Positions 1-9,840 of a stretch of DNA of 64,000 nucleotides are shown in pieces. The notes below the pieces were generated by a model, which was not told where the DNA came from, ran no database searches, and was given only the letters and a program-made list of their open reading frames with translations. A program made the translations under genes and the position numbers. The stretch is from a bacterium (GTDB lineage: Bacteria > UBA8248). The stretch's first letter is position 1. The number at the start of each line of letters is the position of its first letter. The DNA lies in assembly GCA_965199855.1 (NCBI GenBank), contig OZ241326.1:2720001-2784000 (forward strand), read 5' to 3'.

Positions 1-650
1 TCGACCGCTATGTCCACGCGCTTGTAGGGCGCAAACGCCGTGACCATCAGATAATACTCCGAGGCGCGCCCGTCCGCCGGCCTATAGAACTCCGTATCCA
101 CCGGGGGATAGAGCACGTCCGCCTCCCTCCCGTAATAGCGGCGGATGCGCTCCGCCACCGTGCGGCTGTTGGCGATGAACTCGTGCACCCCCTTGTTCGC
201 CTCATTGTCCCAGCGCCTCAGATACTCGACAACGCGGGGAAAGAGCCGCCGCGCCGCGCCGCCCAGGCGGGAGCGATATTCCTCATACCCGCTCCAGGCG
301 TAACGCATCGGCGTATGGCAGTAGCTGATGTGGCAGGCGTCGCGCCCTCCCCGCGCTCCCTTGGCGACGCAGTGCGAGCTCGAGAGGATGAAGTCGTATC
401 CCTCGAGCGGAAGCATCCTCACGGCCGTCGGCATCAGGGGCAGCAGATGCCGGTAGCCGCGCCCGGCGCCGGGAATCCACTGCAGGGGGCTGGTGCGGAT
501 GGAATGCCGCTCGATGGCCTCCGAAACCGACCCCGGCAGGTGAAGCAGGGTGAAAATGTCCGCCTCCGGGTAAATTTCACAGAACGCCTCGAGGCACTTC
601 TCCCCGCCTCTCATGCCTGTGAGCCAATCGTGAACGATAGCGACCTTCAT
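1..650 (-). CDS. Glycosyltransferase family 4 (3' part runs off window)
   Basis: Manual translation from ATG at 650: MKVAIVHDWLTGMRGGEKCLEAF..ILSSSHCVAKG..YCHTPMRYAW, a typical GT4 N-terminus. Confidence 0.88.
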   Translation of the reverse strand, partial: MKVAIVHDWLTGMRGGEKCLEAFCEIYPEADIFTLLHLPGSVSEAIERHSIRTSPLQWIPGAGRGYRHLLPLMPTAVRMLPLEGYDFILSSSHCVAKGARGGRDACHISYCHTPMRYAWSGYEEYRSRLGGAARRLFPRVVEYLRRWDNEANKGVHEFIANSRTVAERIRRYYGREADVLYPPVDTEFYRPADGRASEYYLMVTAFAPYKRVDIAV

Positions 651-665
651 GCGCGCTCCGGAAGC

Positions 666-1784
666 CTACGCCCCGGCGGGCCGGGAAGCCGCCTCCCCAG
701 ACGGGCGTTCGAGCGCGTCCCCGTAGGCGCGCCGCGTTTCGGAGGCGAGCGTCTCCCAGCGGAACAGGCGCGCGCGCTCCCTGGCTTTTTCGCCGAGCGC
801 GTCCCTGAGGCCCGGCTCCCTGAGCATCCGCAGCATCGCGTTTCGCAGGGCGTCCCTGTCCCCTTCGGGAACGATGATCCCCGCGTCGCCGACCACCTCG
901 GGCAGGGCGGCGGCGTCCGAGACAATCGGCGGCGTCCCGCAGGCCATGGCCTCCAGGGGGGGGTAGCCAAACCCCTCATAGCGCGAGGGGAACACCAGGG
1001 CGATGGCGGAGCGATAGACGCCGGGCAGCGCCTCTTGCGGAACCCGTCCCAGAAAGACGACTTCTCTCGCCAGGCCCAAAGAGCGCAAAACGGCTTCGAG
1101 CGCCCCCGTCTCGCCCGTCAGGAGGAGGCGAACCCCGCTCTCTTCCTTCAGCAAATCCGCGAAGGCGTGAAGCAGCAGCGGCAGGTTCTTGTGACGCTTG
1201 TGGTTGCCCGCGTAGAAGAAGTAGGGCGCATCGCCCGGCTCTTCCAGCGCCTCGGGCGCGGGCGCCTCCCCCCAGCCAGGCGGCAGCGCATTGTAGGTCA
1301 CGCGAATTTTCTCCTCCGGGACGTCCGCGTGCTCCGAAATATCCTTCTTCGTATGCTGGGAAACTGTGAGAATCAGACGCGCCCTTCGCGCCGTTCGCCT
1401 CAGCATCCACTTCGAGACGCGCCAGTGAAGCGGGGAGGGGCAAAGCGCCGGGAAGAGCTGATGAATCAGGTCGTGAATCGTCGCCACCATGGGCGTCCCG
1501 CCGAAAAAAGGCGCGAAGTAATGCGGATGGTGAATCAGGTCGAGGCGCGCGCGCGCCGCCAGCAGGGGCAGCAGAGTCTGCTCGGCCGCGGAATAGAGCG
1601 GCGCCGCGCAGGCCACCCGCCTGAAATTGCTCCCCAGATCGGCGCAGGACTCCATGTCCTCCTTCCGCAGGAACAGGACGTATTCCGTCTCCCCATCATG
1701 CCGGCTCAGCCCGGCGAGCAGGCTCCGCAGATAGGTTCCCATGCCGCTCATGGAGAGCATCCGGGCGTCGATTCCTACACGCAT
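666..1784 (-). CDS. Glycosyltransferase family 4
   Basis: MRVGIDARMLSMSGMGTY start; C-terminal FPSRYEGFGYPPLEAMACGTP motif. Confidence 0.9.
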   Translation of the reverse strand: MRVGIDARMLSMSGMGTYLRSLLAGLSRHDGETEYVLFLRKEDMESCADLGSNFRRVACAAPLYSAAEQTLLPLLAARARLDLIHHPHYFAPFFGGTPMVATIHDLIHQLFPALCPSPLHWRVSKWMLRRTARRARLILTVSQHTKKDISEHADVPEEKIRVTYNALPPGWGEAPAPEALEEPGDAPYFFYAGNHKRHKNLPLLLHAFADLLKEESGVRLLLTGETGALEAVLRSLGLAREVVFLGRVPQEALPGVYRSAIALVFPSRYEGFGYPPLEAMACGTPPIVSDAAALPEVVGDAGIIVPEGDRDALRNAMLRMLREPGLRDALGEKARERARLFRWETLASETRRAYGDALERPSGEAASRPAGA

Positions 1785-3214
1785 CTTCTCGCCGCCTCGA
1801 ATACGCGCTCCAGCTCCCGCTCCGCTCCCGCCCGGGAGCCTCCTCCGGAGGCGGGGCGCTTGCGCAGCACCACCACGTTCGAGCCGCGCGGCCCCCATTC
1901 TCTCGGCTCGTTCTGTCCCTGAAAAACGCAGATCGCCGGAACGCCGAGCGCCGCAGCGACGTGGGTGGGGTCCGAATCGCCGCCGATATAGAGCCGGCAG
2001 CACTTCATCACCCCCATGAGCGTCCTGAGGCCCTGAACCTTCTCGCCCATGTCCACGACCGAGCCCCGGGCGCGAACGCCCCTGATGGACGCGAGAATGG
2101 CGTCAATGACTTCCCTGTCGGCCGCCCCTCCCAGCAGCAACACCCTCGCGGAAAGATCGGAGACAAGCCGGCTGATCAGCTCCCCGTAGAGCTCCGGCCG
2201 CCAGATTCTCTCCTCGCCTCCGGCGTCCGGGTGAATCCCGATGAGAGCCTCCGCGTCGTATTCCGCCAGGGAGGAGACGCAGGCCCACGCCTGCGCCGTC
2301 TCCTCCTCGGAGAGGGCGAGCGCGGGGTTTCTCGTCTCGAAGCGGCCCAGGCCCGCGCACTCGAGCAAGTCCAGATTCCTCTCCACGTGATGCCTTCCGG
2401 GAATCTCCCCGGCCTCCGCGTCGAGGCAGAAGCCGCCCCCCCCGAGACCCCGCCCGACGAGATAGCGCGCCCCCGCGAGCCGGGCCGCTAGGATGGATTG
2501 AAAATCCCCCCGGAAATCCACCGCCAGATCGTAGGGCCCGCCGATTTCCGCCATCCTGAGCCTGAGCAGCTGCCGCAGGCGCGCCGCCGAGCGCAGGCCG
2601 AACTTCCCGCCTCCGGGCGGCCCCCGGAGCCAGGAAGCGTTGAACACGAGAAAATCCACGCCGGCCAGCTCTTTCTCCAGGCCGATGAACAGGGGGCGGG
2701 CCGATGCGCCTATCAAGAGGTCGATATGCGCGTCCGGCAGCCTTTCGCGAACCGCGCGAACGGCGGGCAGCGCGCAGACGACGCCGCCCATATTGTCGGG
2801 ACGCATCAGCAGAACGCGATGTACCTCGCTGGGTCTTTCCCTGGCTTTGGCGAACAGCGCCTCGCCCGCGAGGTCGAGGGCGCGGAGCGCCGCCCGCGCG
2901 AGGCGGCCCCGGCAAGCATAGCTCCTCTGGAAAACGGGAATCCGCCGCCGCGCTCGCCCGAAGGAGATCGTCTCCAGCGAGGGCGCGGGCGATTTCGGGG
3001 GAGGCCGCAGACGCTCGATCGGCGGCTTCCCCGGCTCTATGTCCCGAGGCGGGGGAGATTTCGGAGGCGCCTGCATCCGCCCGGGAGGCGGTTTCCCGAA
3101 GTTTCCGTTCCGGGGCGGGGGCGATTTCGGAGGAGGCCGCAGGCGCTCCTCGGCGAAGAAGCTCGCCGCGTCGAGGGGCGCTCCCTGCGCTTGCGCTTTT
3201 CCGGCTTCATCCAT
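1775..3214 (-). CDS. Glycosyltransferase family 9 (heptosyltransferase-like) with Pro-rich N-terminal repeats
   Basis: VLLMRPDNMGGVV, YDLAVDFRGD, IGGDSDPTHVAAALGVP motifs. Confidence 0.82.
   Translation of the reverse strand: MDEAGKAQAQGAPLDAASFFAEERLRPPPKSPPPRNGNFGKPPPGRMQAPPKSPPPRDIEPGKPPIERLRPPPKSPAPSLETISFGRARRRIPVFQRSYACRGRLARAALRALDLAGEALFAKARERPSEVHRVLLMRPDNMGGVVCALPAVRAVRERLPDAHIDLLIGASARPLFIGLEKELAGVDFLVFNASWLRGPPGGGKFGLRSAARLRQLLRLRMAEIGGPYDLAVDFRGDFQSILAARLAGARYLVGRGLGGGGFCLDAEAGEIPGRHHVERNLDLLECAGLGRFETRNPALALSEEETAQAWACVSSLAEYDAEALIGIHPDAGGEERIWRPELYGELISRLVSDLSARVLLLGGAADREVIDAILASIRGVRARGSVVDMGEKVQGLRTLMGVMKCCRLYIGGDSDPTHVAAALGVPAICVFQGQNEPREWGPRGSNVVVLRKRPASGGGSRAGAERELERVFEAARRCV
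2986..3150. repeat. Three 66-bp-period intragenic repeats encoding (RLR)PPPKSP
   Basis: GATTTCGG core recurs at 2991, 3057 and 3123. Confidence 0.8.
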
Positions 3215-4670
3215 CGCGCGTTCCCGGGGCGAATGCGATCTTCTTCGGCAGCAGGAAATATAGCGCGCTTCGTCCTTCGGCGGAAATTCCGCCGACCAGA
3301 AAAATTCCCGCCAGATAGACGCCGCCGCCGCAAGCGAGACGAACGAAAGCCGGCGCGGGCAGCCAGAGGAGAGCCGCCCCCGCCGCGAGCGCCGCCAGAG
3401 ACGCCCGAAGCATCGACCCGAAGGGGGGCGAGGCGACCCATCGCCCCAGGATCGCCGCGCACGCGCACAGCATGACGCCCTCGGTGATGAGGCTCGCCCA
3501 GCTCGCCCCCACGAAGTCGAAGCGGGGTATGAGCAGGGCGTTGAGCGCGACGTTCAGCAGGGCGAGCGAAAGCGCGAAGCCCATGAACGCGCGCTCGCGC
3601 CCCAGGGCGACGGCGATCGTGGTCATCACGTAGAGCGCGAAATTTATCGCCACCATCCAGCAAAGAACGCGCAGGGCGGCTGAGGCCGCGAGATATTTCG
3701 CCCCATAGACCACGGAGATGATTTCGTCGGCGAATGCGAATCCGCCCAGCACCAGAGGCAGAGCCGTGACGAGGACCAGGGACAGCGCGCCGCGATAGAG
3801 CTTCGCCACCCGCTCCGCGTCTTCCGATGCGCCGGCCTCCGAGACCAGCGGCAGCAGGCTCGTCGTGAGCGCGAGCGGAATGACGCCCAGGGAGCCCGCC
3901 AGCCGCTGCGCCGCGCTGTACATCCCCGTGGAAACCGGGCCGCTCATCCACTCCAGCATCAGAATGTCGCTGCGCACGTAGGCGACCAGAAAGAAATTCG
4001 CCGCCCCCACCGGCAGAGCGGCGGCAAGCAGGCGCCTCCACAGCGCGAAATCGCGGCCGAATTCCGGACGCATCTCGCGGAAGGAGAGCCGGCCGAGAAC
4101 GAGCGCGCCCGGAACGAGCGCGAGAAACTGAATGGCGATGATCGCCGGCAGGGGCCACCGGCTCCAGGCCGCCCAGAGCAGACAGAGGGCGGAGAACGTC
4201 TCCGCCGCAATCGACGCGAGCATCGGAGTCGCCATCTTCAGCCTCGCCTCGAAGGGCAAATCGAGCGCCGAGCGCAGCGAGACGATGCGGAACGAGCCGA
4301 AAATGAAGAAGCAGGCCGCGAGCGCGGCCCAGCGAACCTCGCCCGCCGGCGCGGCGTAGAGCGCGATGAGGCAGGCCGCCAGCCAGCTCGCCAGGGACAG
4401 AACCAGCTTGAGAACGATGCCCTGGCCCCATATCGCGGGCGCGCGCGCGGCGTCTTTCGCCATTTCGCGGACGAGAACGCTGTGAAGCCCGAAGTCCGTG
4501 AAGACGGCGAACATCTCCGCGTAGGCGAAGGCGAAGGCATAGACCCCGAAGCCGCGCACCTCCAGCAGGCGCGCCAGCGCAATGATGACGCCCAGCCGGA
4601 CGAGGCGCTCGAACGCTCTGCCGAAAAACACCCAGCCCGAATTCTTCGCCGCCCGCCTCACCTCGTCCAT
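3207..4670 (-). CDS. Polysaccharide flippase (Wzx/MOP family)
   Basis: Multi-TM 487 aa; RAAKNSGW..LARLL..FGVY..DFGL..LVRE pattern. Confidence 0.85.
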   Translation of the reverse strand: MDEVRRAAKNSGWVFFGRAFERLVRLGVIIALARLLEVRGFGVYAFAFAYAEMFAVFTDFGLHSVLVREMAKDAARAPAIWGQGIVLKLVLSLASWLAACLIALYAAPAGEVRWAALAACFFIFGSFRIVSLRSALDLPFEARLKMATPMLASIAAETFSALCLLWAAWSRWPLPAIIAIQFLALVPGALVLGRLSFREMRPEFGRDFALWRRLLAAALPVGAANFFLVAYVRSDILMLEWMSGPVSTGMYSAAQRLAGSLGVIPLALTTSLLPLVSEAGASEDAERVAKLYRGALSLVLVTALPLVLGGFAFADEIISVVYGAKYLAASAALRVLCWMVAINFALYVMTTIAVALGRERAFMGFALSLALLNVALNALLIPRFDFVGASWASLITEGVMLCACAAILGRWVASPPFGSMLRASLAALAAGAALLWLPAPAFVRLACGGGVYLAGIFLVGGISAEGRSALYFLLPKKIAFAPGTRDG

Positions 4671-5010
4671 GCGGCGTCCATGCGAACCATCAGGGTTTCC
4701 TCGCGGGGGGAATGCGTCTTCCCGCCGGGCGTCACCCGGCTGCCCGGCATGATGCGGGAGGAGATCAAGACGCGCGCGATCCTACTCCTCCCGGGTTGAT
4801 GACGCGCTACGCTTGACAGAGCCGGCTTTGGCGCGCTGCTCGGAAGCCTCGCGTGTTTTCGCTCGTGCGAAAACCGGCGATTCCACGCAGGCGAGGGCGA
4901 GGCGCACTCTATCCCTGGGAGCGGCCGAAGCGCAAGGCGCGCTTGACACGGGCCAGCGCGTGGGAGAACTTGCCGAGAGCCATCCATTCACCCATTCGAG
5001 GGATGAATCC

Positions 5011-5877
5011 ATGAGCCACCCCGGGGCGCGCCTGCGGGCGCTTCTGGAAGCGGGAGAGCCTGTGCTCGCCCCCGCCTGCATCGACGCCTTCAGCGCGCGC
5101 ATGGTCGAGCAGGCGGGGTTCGAGGTGAACTATCTGACGGGCAACGGCGCGTCAGCCGCGCTTCTCGGCAAGCCGGACGTGGGGTTCATGACGCTGCGCG
5201 AGGTGGCTGACGTCTGCCGCAACGTCGTCCAGGCCACCTCGATTCCCCTCATCGCCGACGCCGACGCCGGCTACGGCAACGCCCTCAACGTGGTTCGCGC
5301 CGTCCGCGAGATGGAATCGGCCGGCGCCGCCTGCATCCAGCTCGAGGATCAGGTCACGCCCAAGCGATGCGGCTTTCTGCCCGGCTCGGTGCCCGTCGTC
5401 CCGCTCAAGGAGCAGCTCGGCAAGCTGAAGGCGGCCCTCGACGCCAGAAAGAGCGAGGAATTCCTCATCCTCGCCCGCACGGACGCCGCCGCCGACCACG
5501 GGCTGGACGAGGCGATTCGCCGGGCGGCGGCCTACCGGGAGGCGGGGGCCGACCTCACGTTCATCGAGGTGGAAGGAGCCGAGGAGGAGCTCAGGAGAAT
5601 CGCGGCGGAGGTTCCCCCGCCCCGCGCGACCACGCTGGACGAATCGAGGCGCGAGGCGGCCCTGGGCGCGGAGGATCTGGGAGCGCTCGGCTTCGGCGTC
5701 CTCATCTATCCGGGCGTCGTGCGCTGCGCCTACCTGAAGGCGGTGCGGGACGTTCTGCGCATCCTCAAAGAGGAGCGATCCACGCGCTCCGCGCGCGGAA
5801 TGATGGCGACTTTCGAGGAATACAACGACGCCCTGGGCATCGCGGAAATCCGGGGGTGGGAGCGCGAATATCTGTAG
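5011..5877 (+). CDS. Isocitrate lyase/PEP mutase family protein (PrpB-like)
   Basis: LIADADAGYGN, QLEDQVTPKRCG, ILARTDA motifs; start taken at MSHPGARLR. Confidence 0.88.
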   Translation: MSHPGARLRALLEAGEPVLAPACIDAFSARMVEQAGFEVNYLTGNGASAALLGKPDVGFMTLREVADVCRNVVQATSIPLIADADAGYGNALNVVRAVREMESAGAACIQLEDQVTPKRCGFLPGSVPVVPLKEQLGKLKAALDARKSEEFLILARTDAAADHGLDEAIRRAAAYREAGADLTFIEVEGAEEELRRIAAEVPPPRATTLDESRREAALGAEDLGALGFGVLIYPGVVRCAYLKAVRDVLRILKEERSTRSARGMMATFEEYNDALGIAEIRGWEREYL

Positions 5878-5908
5878 CGCCGGGCCGCGTCTTTCTTGGG
5901 AGCGAAAC

Positions 5909-6208
5909 ATGATTACCGTAGGAATGCATTACGAAGTCCTGCCGGGCAGGGAAAAGGAATTCGAGGAGAAATTCGAGGCCGTGGAGAACGCCCTGGAAGG
6001 ACAGGCCGGCCACGTGCGGAGCCTTCTCTATCGGCAGGTGAAGAAGCCGAATTCCTACGCCATCCTCTCGGAGTGGAGCGCGAGGGAGGATTTCACGGCC
6101 TTCATCAAAAGCGATGCGTTCCGCGCCGTCACGGACTGGGGCAAGGCGGAAATTCTCGCGGGACGGCCGAGCCACAAGGTCTATGGCCGGGAGAGCGGCC
6201 TCGACTAG
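5909..6208 (+). CDS. Antibiotic biosynthesis monooxygenase (ABM) domain protein
   Basis: 99 aa; YEVLPGREKEFE..SEW..F..F..S..F pattern. Confidence 0.8.
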   Translation: MITVGMHYEVLPGREKEFEEKFEAVENALEGQAGHVRSLLYRQVKKPNSYAILSEWSAREDFTAFIKSDAFRAVTDWGKAEILAGRPSHKVYGRESGLD

Positions 6209-6335
6209 ATCGAGAATGCGGACGCCAGCGCCCGGGGCGGCGGCCCGCAGGCTCCGCCGATGGACGAGACCCCGGATGAAGGCGTTCGCCTGAAAAGGCG
6301 CGCAGCCGCTTCCCCACCAGGAGACAGGAGAATCC

Positions 6336-7241
6336 ATGGCGCGCGAGAAGACGAAAAAAATCGGGTTTCTGGGACTGGGCCGCATGGGCGGCCTGATGAC
6401 GAAGCATCTGCTCGACGCGGGCTTCGACGTCACGGGCTACGACCCCGTCCCCAAAGCGGTCGCCGCCGCCCGGAAAAACGGAGCGAAAATCGCCAGAAGC
6501 GCCGCCTCGGCCGTCAAGGGCGCCGATGTGGTGTGCAGTTCGCTGCCCACGCCCGCCGTCGTGCGGAGCGTCTATCTCGGCGCGGGCGGCGCGCTGGGAG
6601 CGATGCGGCGCGGCGCGGTCTGCTTCGAGCTCTCGACGAGCGCCGTCGCTCTTGCCAAGGAGATCGCCGCGGAGGCCGAGAAGAAAGGCATCGCCTTTCT
6701 CGACGCGCCCGTCAGCGGCAGCGTCCCCCACCTCGAACGCAGGGAAGTGGCCGCCATCGTGGGCGGAGACAAAGGCGCGCTCGACGCCCACCGCGACGTG
6801 CTCGAGGCTTTCAGCAAATCCATCACCTACATGGGAAAAACGGGCAACGGCCTCATTATGAAGCTGGTGACGAACCACATCCTGAACATCCACCACGCGG
6901 GCATGGCCGAGGGGCTGGCGTTCGGGATGAAGGCGGGGCTTCCGGCCAGGAAAATGATGCGGTTCCTCCGGGGAAGCGCGGTTCCGCACGTCATGCACTA
7001 CAAGGGCCCGACGATGGCGGCGCGGGACTACTCCGAGGTCATCGCCAACGTGGGCGTCAGCCACAAGGACCTGGGACTGAGCATCGCCGAGGCGAACGAC
7101 CTGGGCGCGCCCGTCCCCCTGGGCGCCGCCGCGCGCCAGCAATACACCTCCGCCGTCGCGCTCGGACTCGAAGGGGCGGACTTCAACGCGGTGTTCGAGT
7201 CCTTTCTGAACGCCATGGGCGTGAGGCCGAAGAAAAAATAG
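6336..7241 (+). CDS. NAD(P)-dependent oxidoreductase, 3-hydroxyisobutyrate dehydrogenase family
   Basis: GFLGLGRMG, FLDAPVSGS, catalytic MKLVTN. Confidence 0.88.
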   Translation: MAREKTKKIGFLGLGRMGGLMTKHLLDAGFDVTGYDPVPKAVAAARKNGAKIARSAASAVKGADVVCSSLPTPAVVRSVYLGAGGALGAMRRGAVCFELSTSAVALAKEIAAEAEKKGIAFLDAPVSGSVPHLERREVAAIVGGDKGALDAHRDVLEAFSKSITYMGKTGNGLIMKLVTNHILNIHHAGMAEGLAFGMKAGLPARKMMRFLRGSAVPHVMHYKGPTMAARDYSEVIANVGVSHKDLGLSIAEANDLGAPVPLGAAARQQYTSAVALGLEGADFNAVFESFLNAMGVRPKKK

Positions 7242-7363
7242 GGGAGAAATTCCTCGCCTTTCATCGTCATTGCGGAGTCAATCCCGACGGAGAGGAGGGA
7301 TTCCCGCTATCCGGGGCCAAGGGACGTCCGGCGCGGCGCATGAAACTTCAGGAGTGGTGAGCC

Positions 7364-8251
7364 ATGGCGAAAACAGTCGCTTTTCTGGGTCTGGGCAACA
7401 TGGGCTCGGGCATGTCGGAGAATCTGGCGAAGGCGGGCTTCATTGTGCGCGGGTTCGACCCCGTCCCCGCCGCGCGCGAGCGGGCGGCGGCCGCAGGCCT
7501 CCGAGTGTTCGAGACGGCGGCGGAAGCCGCCTCGGGCGCGGAGGTCGTCTGCAGCTCGGTGCCGGAGGTCGCCCACGCGAGACGGGCCTATCTGGGCGAG
7601 GCCGGCGCGCTCGCGTCCGCTCCCGAGGGGGCGGTCTGCTTCGATCTATCGACCCTGACGGTCGAGGACAGCCGGGATCTCGCCGAGGAGGCGCAAAAGC
7701 GCGGCGCGCGGTTTCTCGATACCCCGGTCAGCGGAAGCGTCCCCCACGCGCGGGCGGGAACCCTCGCCATTATGGCGGGGGGCGACGAGGCCGCCCTTGA
7801 AGCCCACCGCGACGTGCTGGAGGCCTTCAGCGCCTCGATCCACTACTTCGGGGCGAACGGGGCGGGCCTCCAGATGAAGCTGGTGACGAACCACATTTTC
7901 GCGGCGCACATCTGCGCCATCGCCGAGGCGCTCACCATGGGGACGAAAGGGGGACTCGACCCGGAGCGGATGGTCGAGTTCCTGAAGGCGAGCGTCATCC
8001 CGAAAATTCTCGAATACAAGGCCTCCCCCATGATCGCCAAGGACTATGCGCCCACCTTCACGGTGAACCTCATGCTCAAGGATTTGCGCATCATCGCGGC
8101 GATGGCGGACGGCCTGGACGCGCCGATTCCCCTGGGCGCGGCGGCGCGGCAGGTCTACATGAGCGCGGCCGCTTTGGGCCACGGGGAGGCCGACCAGAAC
8201 GCCATCATCGAGTTTTTCGAGAAAAGCGCCGGCATGGATGAGCGCGGGTGA
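7364..8251 (+). CDS. NAD(P)-dependent oxidoreductase, 3-hydroxyisobutyrate dehydrogenase family (tandem paralogue)
   Basis: AFLGLGNMG, FLDTPVSGS, MKLVTN, LMLKDL. Confidence 0.88.
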   Translation: MAKTVAFLGLGNMGSGMSENLAKAGFIVRGFDPVPAARERAAAAGLRVFETAAEAASGAEVVCSSVPEVAHARRAYLGEAGALASAPEGAVCFDLSTLTVEDSRDLAEEAQKRGARFLDTPVSGSVPHARAGTLAIMAGGDEAALEAHRDVLEAFSASIHYFGANGAGLQMKLVTNHIFAAHICAIAEALTMGTKGGLDPERMVEFLKASVIPKILEYKASPMIAKDYAPTFTVNLMLKDLRIIAAMADGLDAPIPLGAAARQVYMSAAALGHGEADQNAIIEFFEKSAGMDERG

Positions 8252-8370
8252 GCCGGGAGGGAGCCTCTTCTCCGCTCACGCCCGAAACCGCGCGAAAGCG
8301 GAGCGAAGGCGGCGAGAAGTCCCTTTTCGGGACGCGGCGCGACTCGCTTTTCAACTCCGGCGCGAAAGGC

Positions 8371-8400
8371 TTGCTATTCCCGAGCATTTTGGTTTAGTAT
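8371..8400 (+). promoter_or_regulatory. Putative sigma70 promoter for moeB
   Basis: TTGCTA-N18-TAGTAT in an AT-rich intergenic patch. Confidence 0.4.
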
Positions 8401-8509
8401 TTCATGGAATTGCCGGGGCGGCGGATTCCGCCGAGACGGCGTCAGCCATGCGATCATACCAACCCAGCCCACCCGGATGAAACGCCGGGCGGCGAAGGAG
8501 ACGCGAACG

Positions 8510-9706
8510 ATGCCCAGAACAGGACGAGACCTGCTGGAAGCCGCGCGGAGCGAGGTGCCCGAAGTCACGGCGGAGGAGGTGAAGGCCGCCATGGAGGCAG
8601 GAAGCGCGCCCGCTCTCATCGACGTGCGCGAACCCGACGAATTCCGGGGCGGCTACCTGCCGGGGGCGGAGCACGTGAGCCGGGGGTTCCTCGAGCTCAA
8701 AATCGAGGGGGCGGTGCCAGACCGCGCGACCCCCATCGTCGCCTACTGCGCGGGCGGGGTGCGCTCCCTGCTCGCCGGCCAGGTCCTCCGGTCGATGGGC
8801 TATGAGAACGTGAAGTCCATGGCGGGCGGCTACGGGAAGTGGAAGGATCTGGGCTTTCCCGTCCAGGTGGACAGGCAGATGAGCGCGGAGCAGCTCAACC
8901 GCTACAGCCGCCACTTCCTGCTCTCCCAGATCGGAGAGAAGGGCCAGGCGAAGCTGCTGGACGCCAGGGTCGTCCTCATCGGCGCGGGCGGCCTCGGCTC
9001 TCCCACCGGGCTGTATCTGGCGGCCATGGGGGTGGGGAGCATCGGCATCGTGGACCTCGACGTGGTGGACATGAGCAACCTTCAGCGCCAGATCGTCCAC
9101 AGCAACGAGCGCGTGGGAACCTCCAAGGTGGAGAGCGCGCGCGCCGCCCTCACCGCGCTGAATCCCGACGTGAACGTCATCGCCCACGAGGAGCGAATCA
9201 ACCGGGAGAACGCCCTCGACATCCTCGAAAGTTACGACGTCATCGTGAACGGGGCGGACAACTTCCCCACCCGCTATCTCGTGAACGACGCGGCCGTCTT
9301 CCTGGGCAAACCCGTCGTGGACGCCTCCATCTTCAAGTTCGAGGGCCAGGCCACCGTCTACCACCCGGGCGCGGGCGGCCCCTGCTACCGCTGCCTCTAT
9401 CCCGAACCCCCGCCCCCCGGCATGGTGCCCTCCTGCCAGGACGCCGGCGTCCTCGGCGCGCTGTGCGGCACGATGGGCTCCATCCAGGCCACGGAGACGG
9501 CCAAGCTCATCGTGGGCTTCGGCGAGCCGCTCATCGGCAAGCTGCTGATGTATGACGCGCTCAAATCGCAGTTCCGGACGCTCAAGATCAGGCGCGACCC
9601 CGCCTGCCCCGTCTGCGGGGACAGCCCCTCCATCACGGAGCTCATCGACTACGAGTTCTTCTGCGGCCTCACGGAAGCCCCCGCCGCCCTCAACGGGGGT
9701 TCATAG
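8510..9706 (+). CDS. moeB: Rhodanese-MoeB/ThiF adenylyltransferase fusion
   Basis: N-terminal rhodanese (IDVREPDE, YCAGGVRS); RYSRH, GAGGLGS, SNLQRQ, CYRC and CPVC motifs. Confidence 0.9.
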   Translation: MPRTGRDLLEAARSEVPEVTAEEVKAAMEAGSAPALIDVREPDEFRGGYLPGAEHVSRGFLELKIEGAVPDRATPIVAYCAGGVRSLLAGQVLRSMGYENVKSMAGGYGKWKDLGFPVQVDRQMSAEQLNRYSRHFLLSQIGEKGQAKLLDARVVLIGAGGLGSPTGLYLAAMGVGSIGIVDLDVVDMSNLQRQIVHSNERVGTSKVESARAALTALNPDVNVIAHEERINRENALDILESYDVIVNGADNFPTRYLVNDAAVFLGKPVVDASIFKFEGQATVYHPGAGGPCYRCLYPEPPPPGMVPSCQDAGVLGALCGTMGSIQATETAKLIVGFGEPLIGKLLMYDALKSQFRTLKIRRDPACPVCGDSPSITELIDYEFFCGLTEAPAALNGGS

Positions 9707-9840
9707 GAGCGGGGGCGGAGAAATAGACGAGGAGAAGCGCCTAGCGGCGGAATCAGAAAGCCGGATTATCTTCTTCTTGCGCCTCCCGCGGGAATCGTCC
9801 TTCAACCGCTCGAAGGCGCGCCGCTCCCGCCTGAATCCGC

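Noticed and set aside
183-1922. Long antisense or off-frame ORFs (also 12080-13591, 31469-34711, 31944-33824, 54211-55824, 59812-61470)
   Set aside because: High-GC shadow ORFs overlapping genes with clear family motifs; Arg/Pro/Gly-rich and motif-free
4943-4972. TTGACA upstream of the lyase gene as a promoter
   Set aside because: No convincing -10 element at correct spacing
8510-9706. ThiF/E1 protein as a ubiquitin-like defence or RiPP system
   Set aside because: Ordinary rhodanese-MoeB architecture with no E2, JAB, cyclase or precursor peptide nearby
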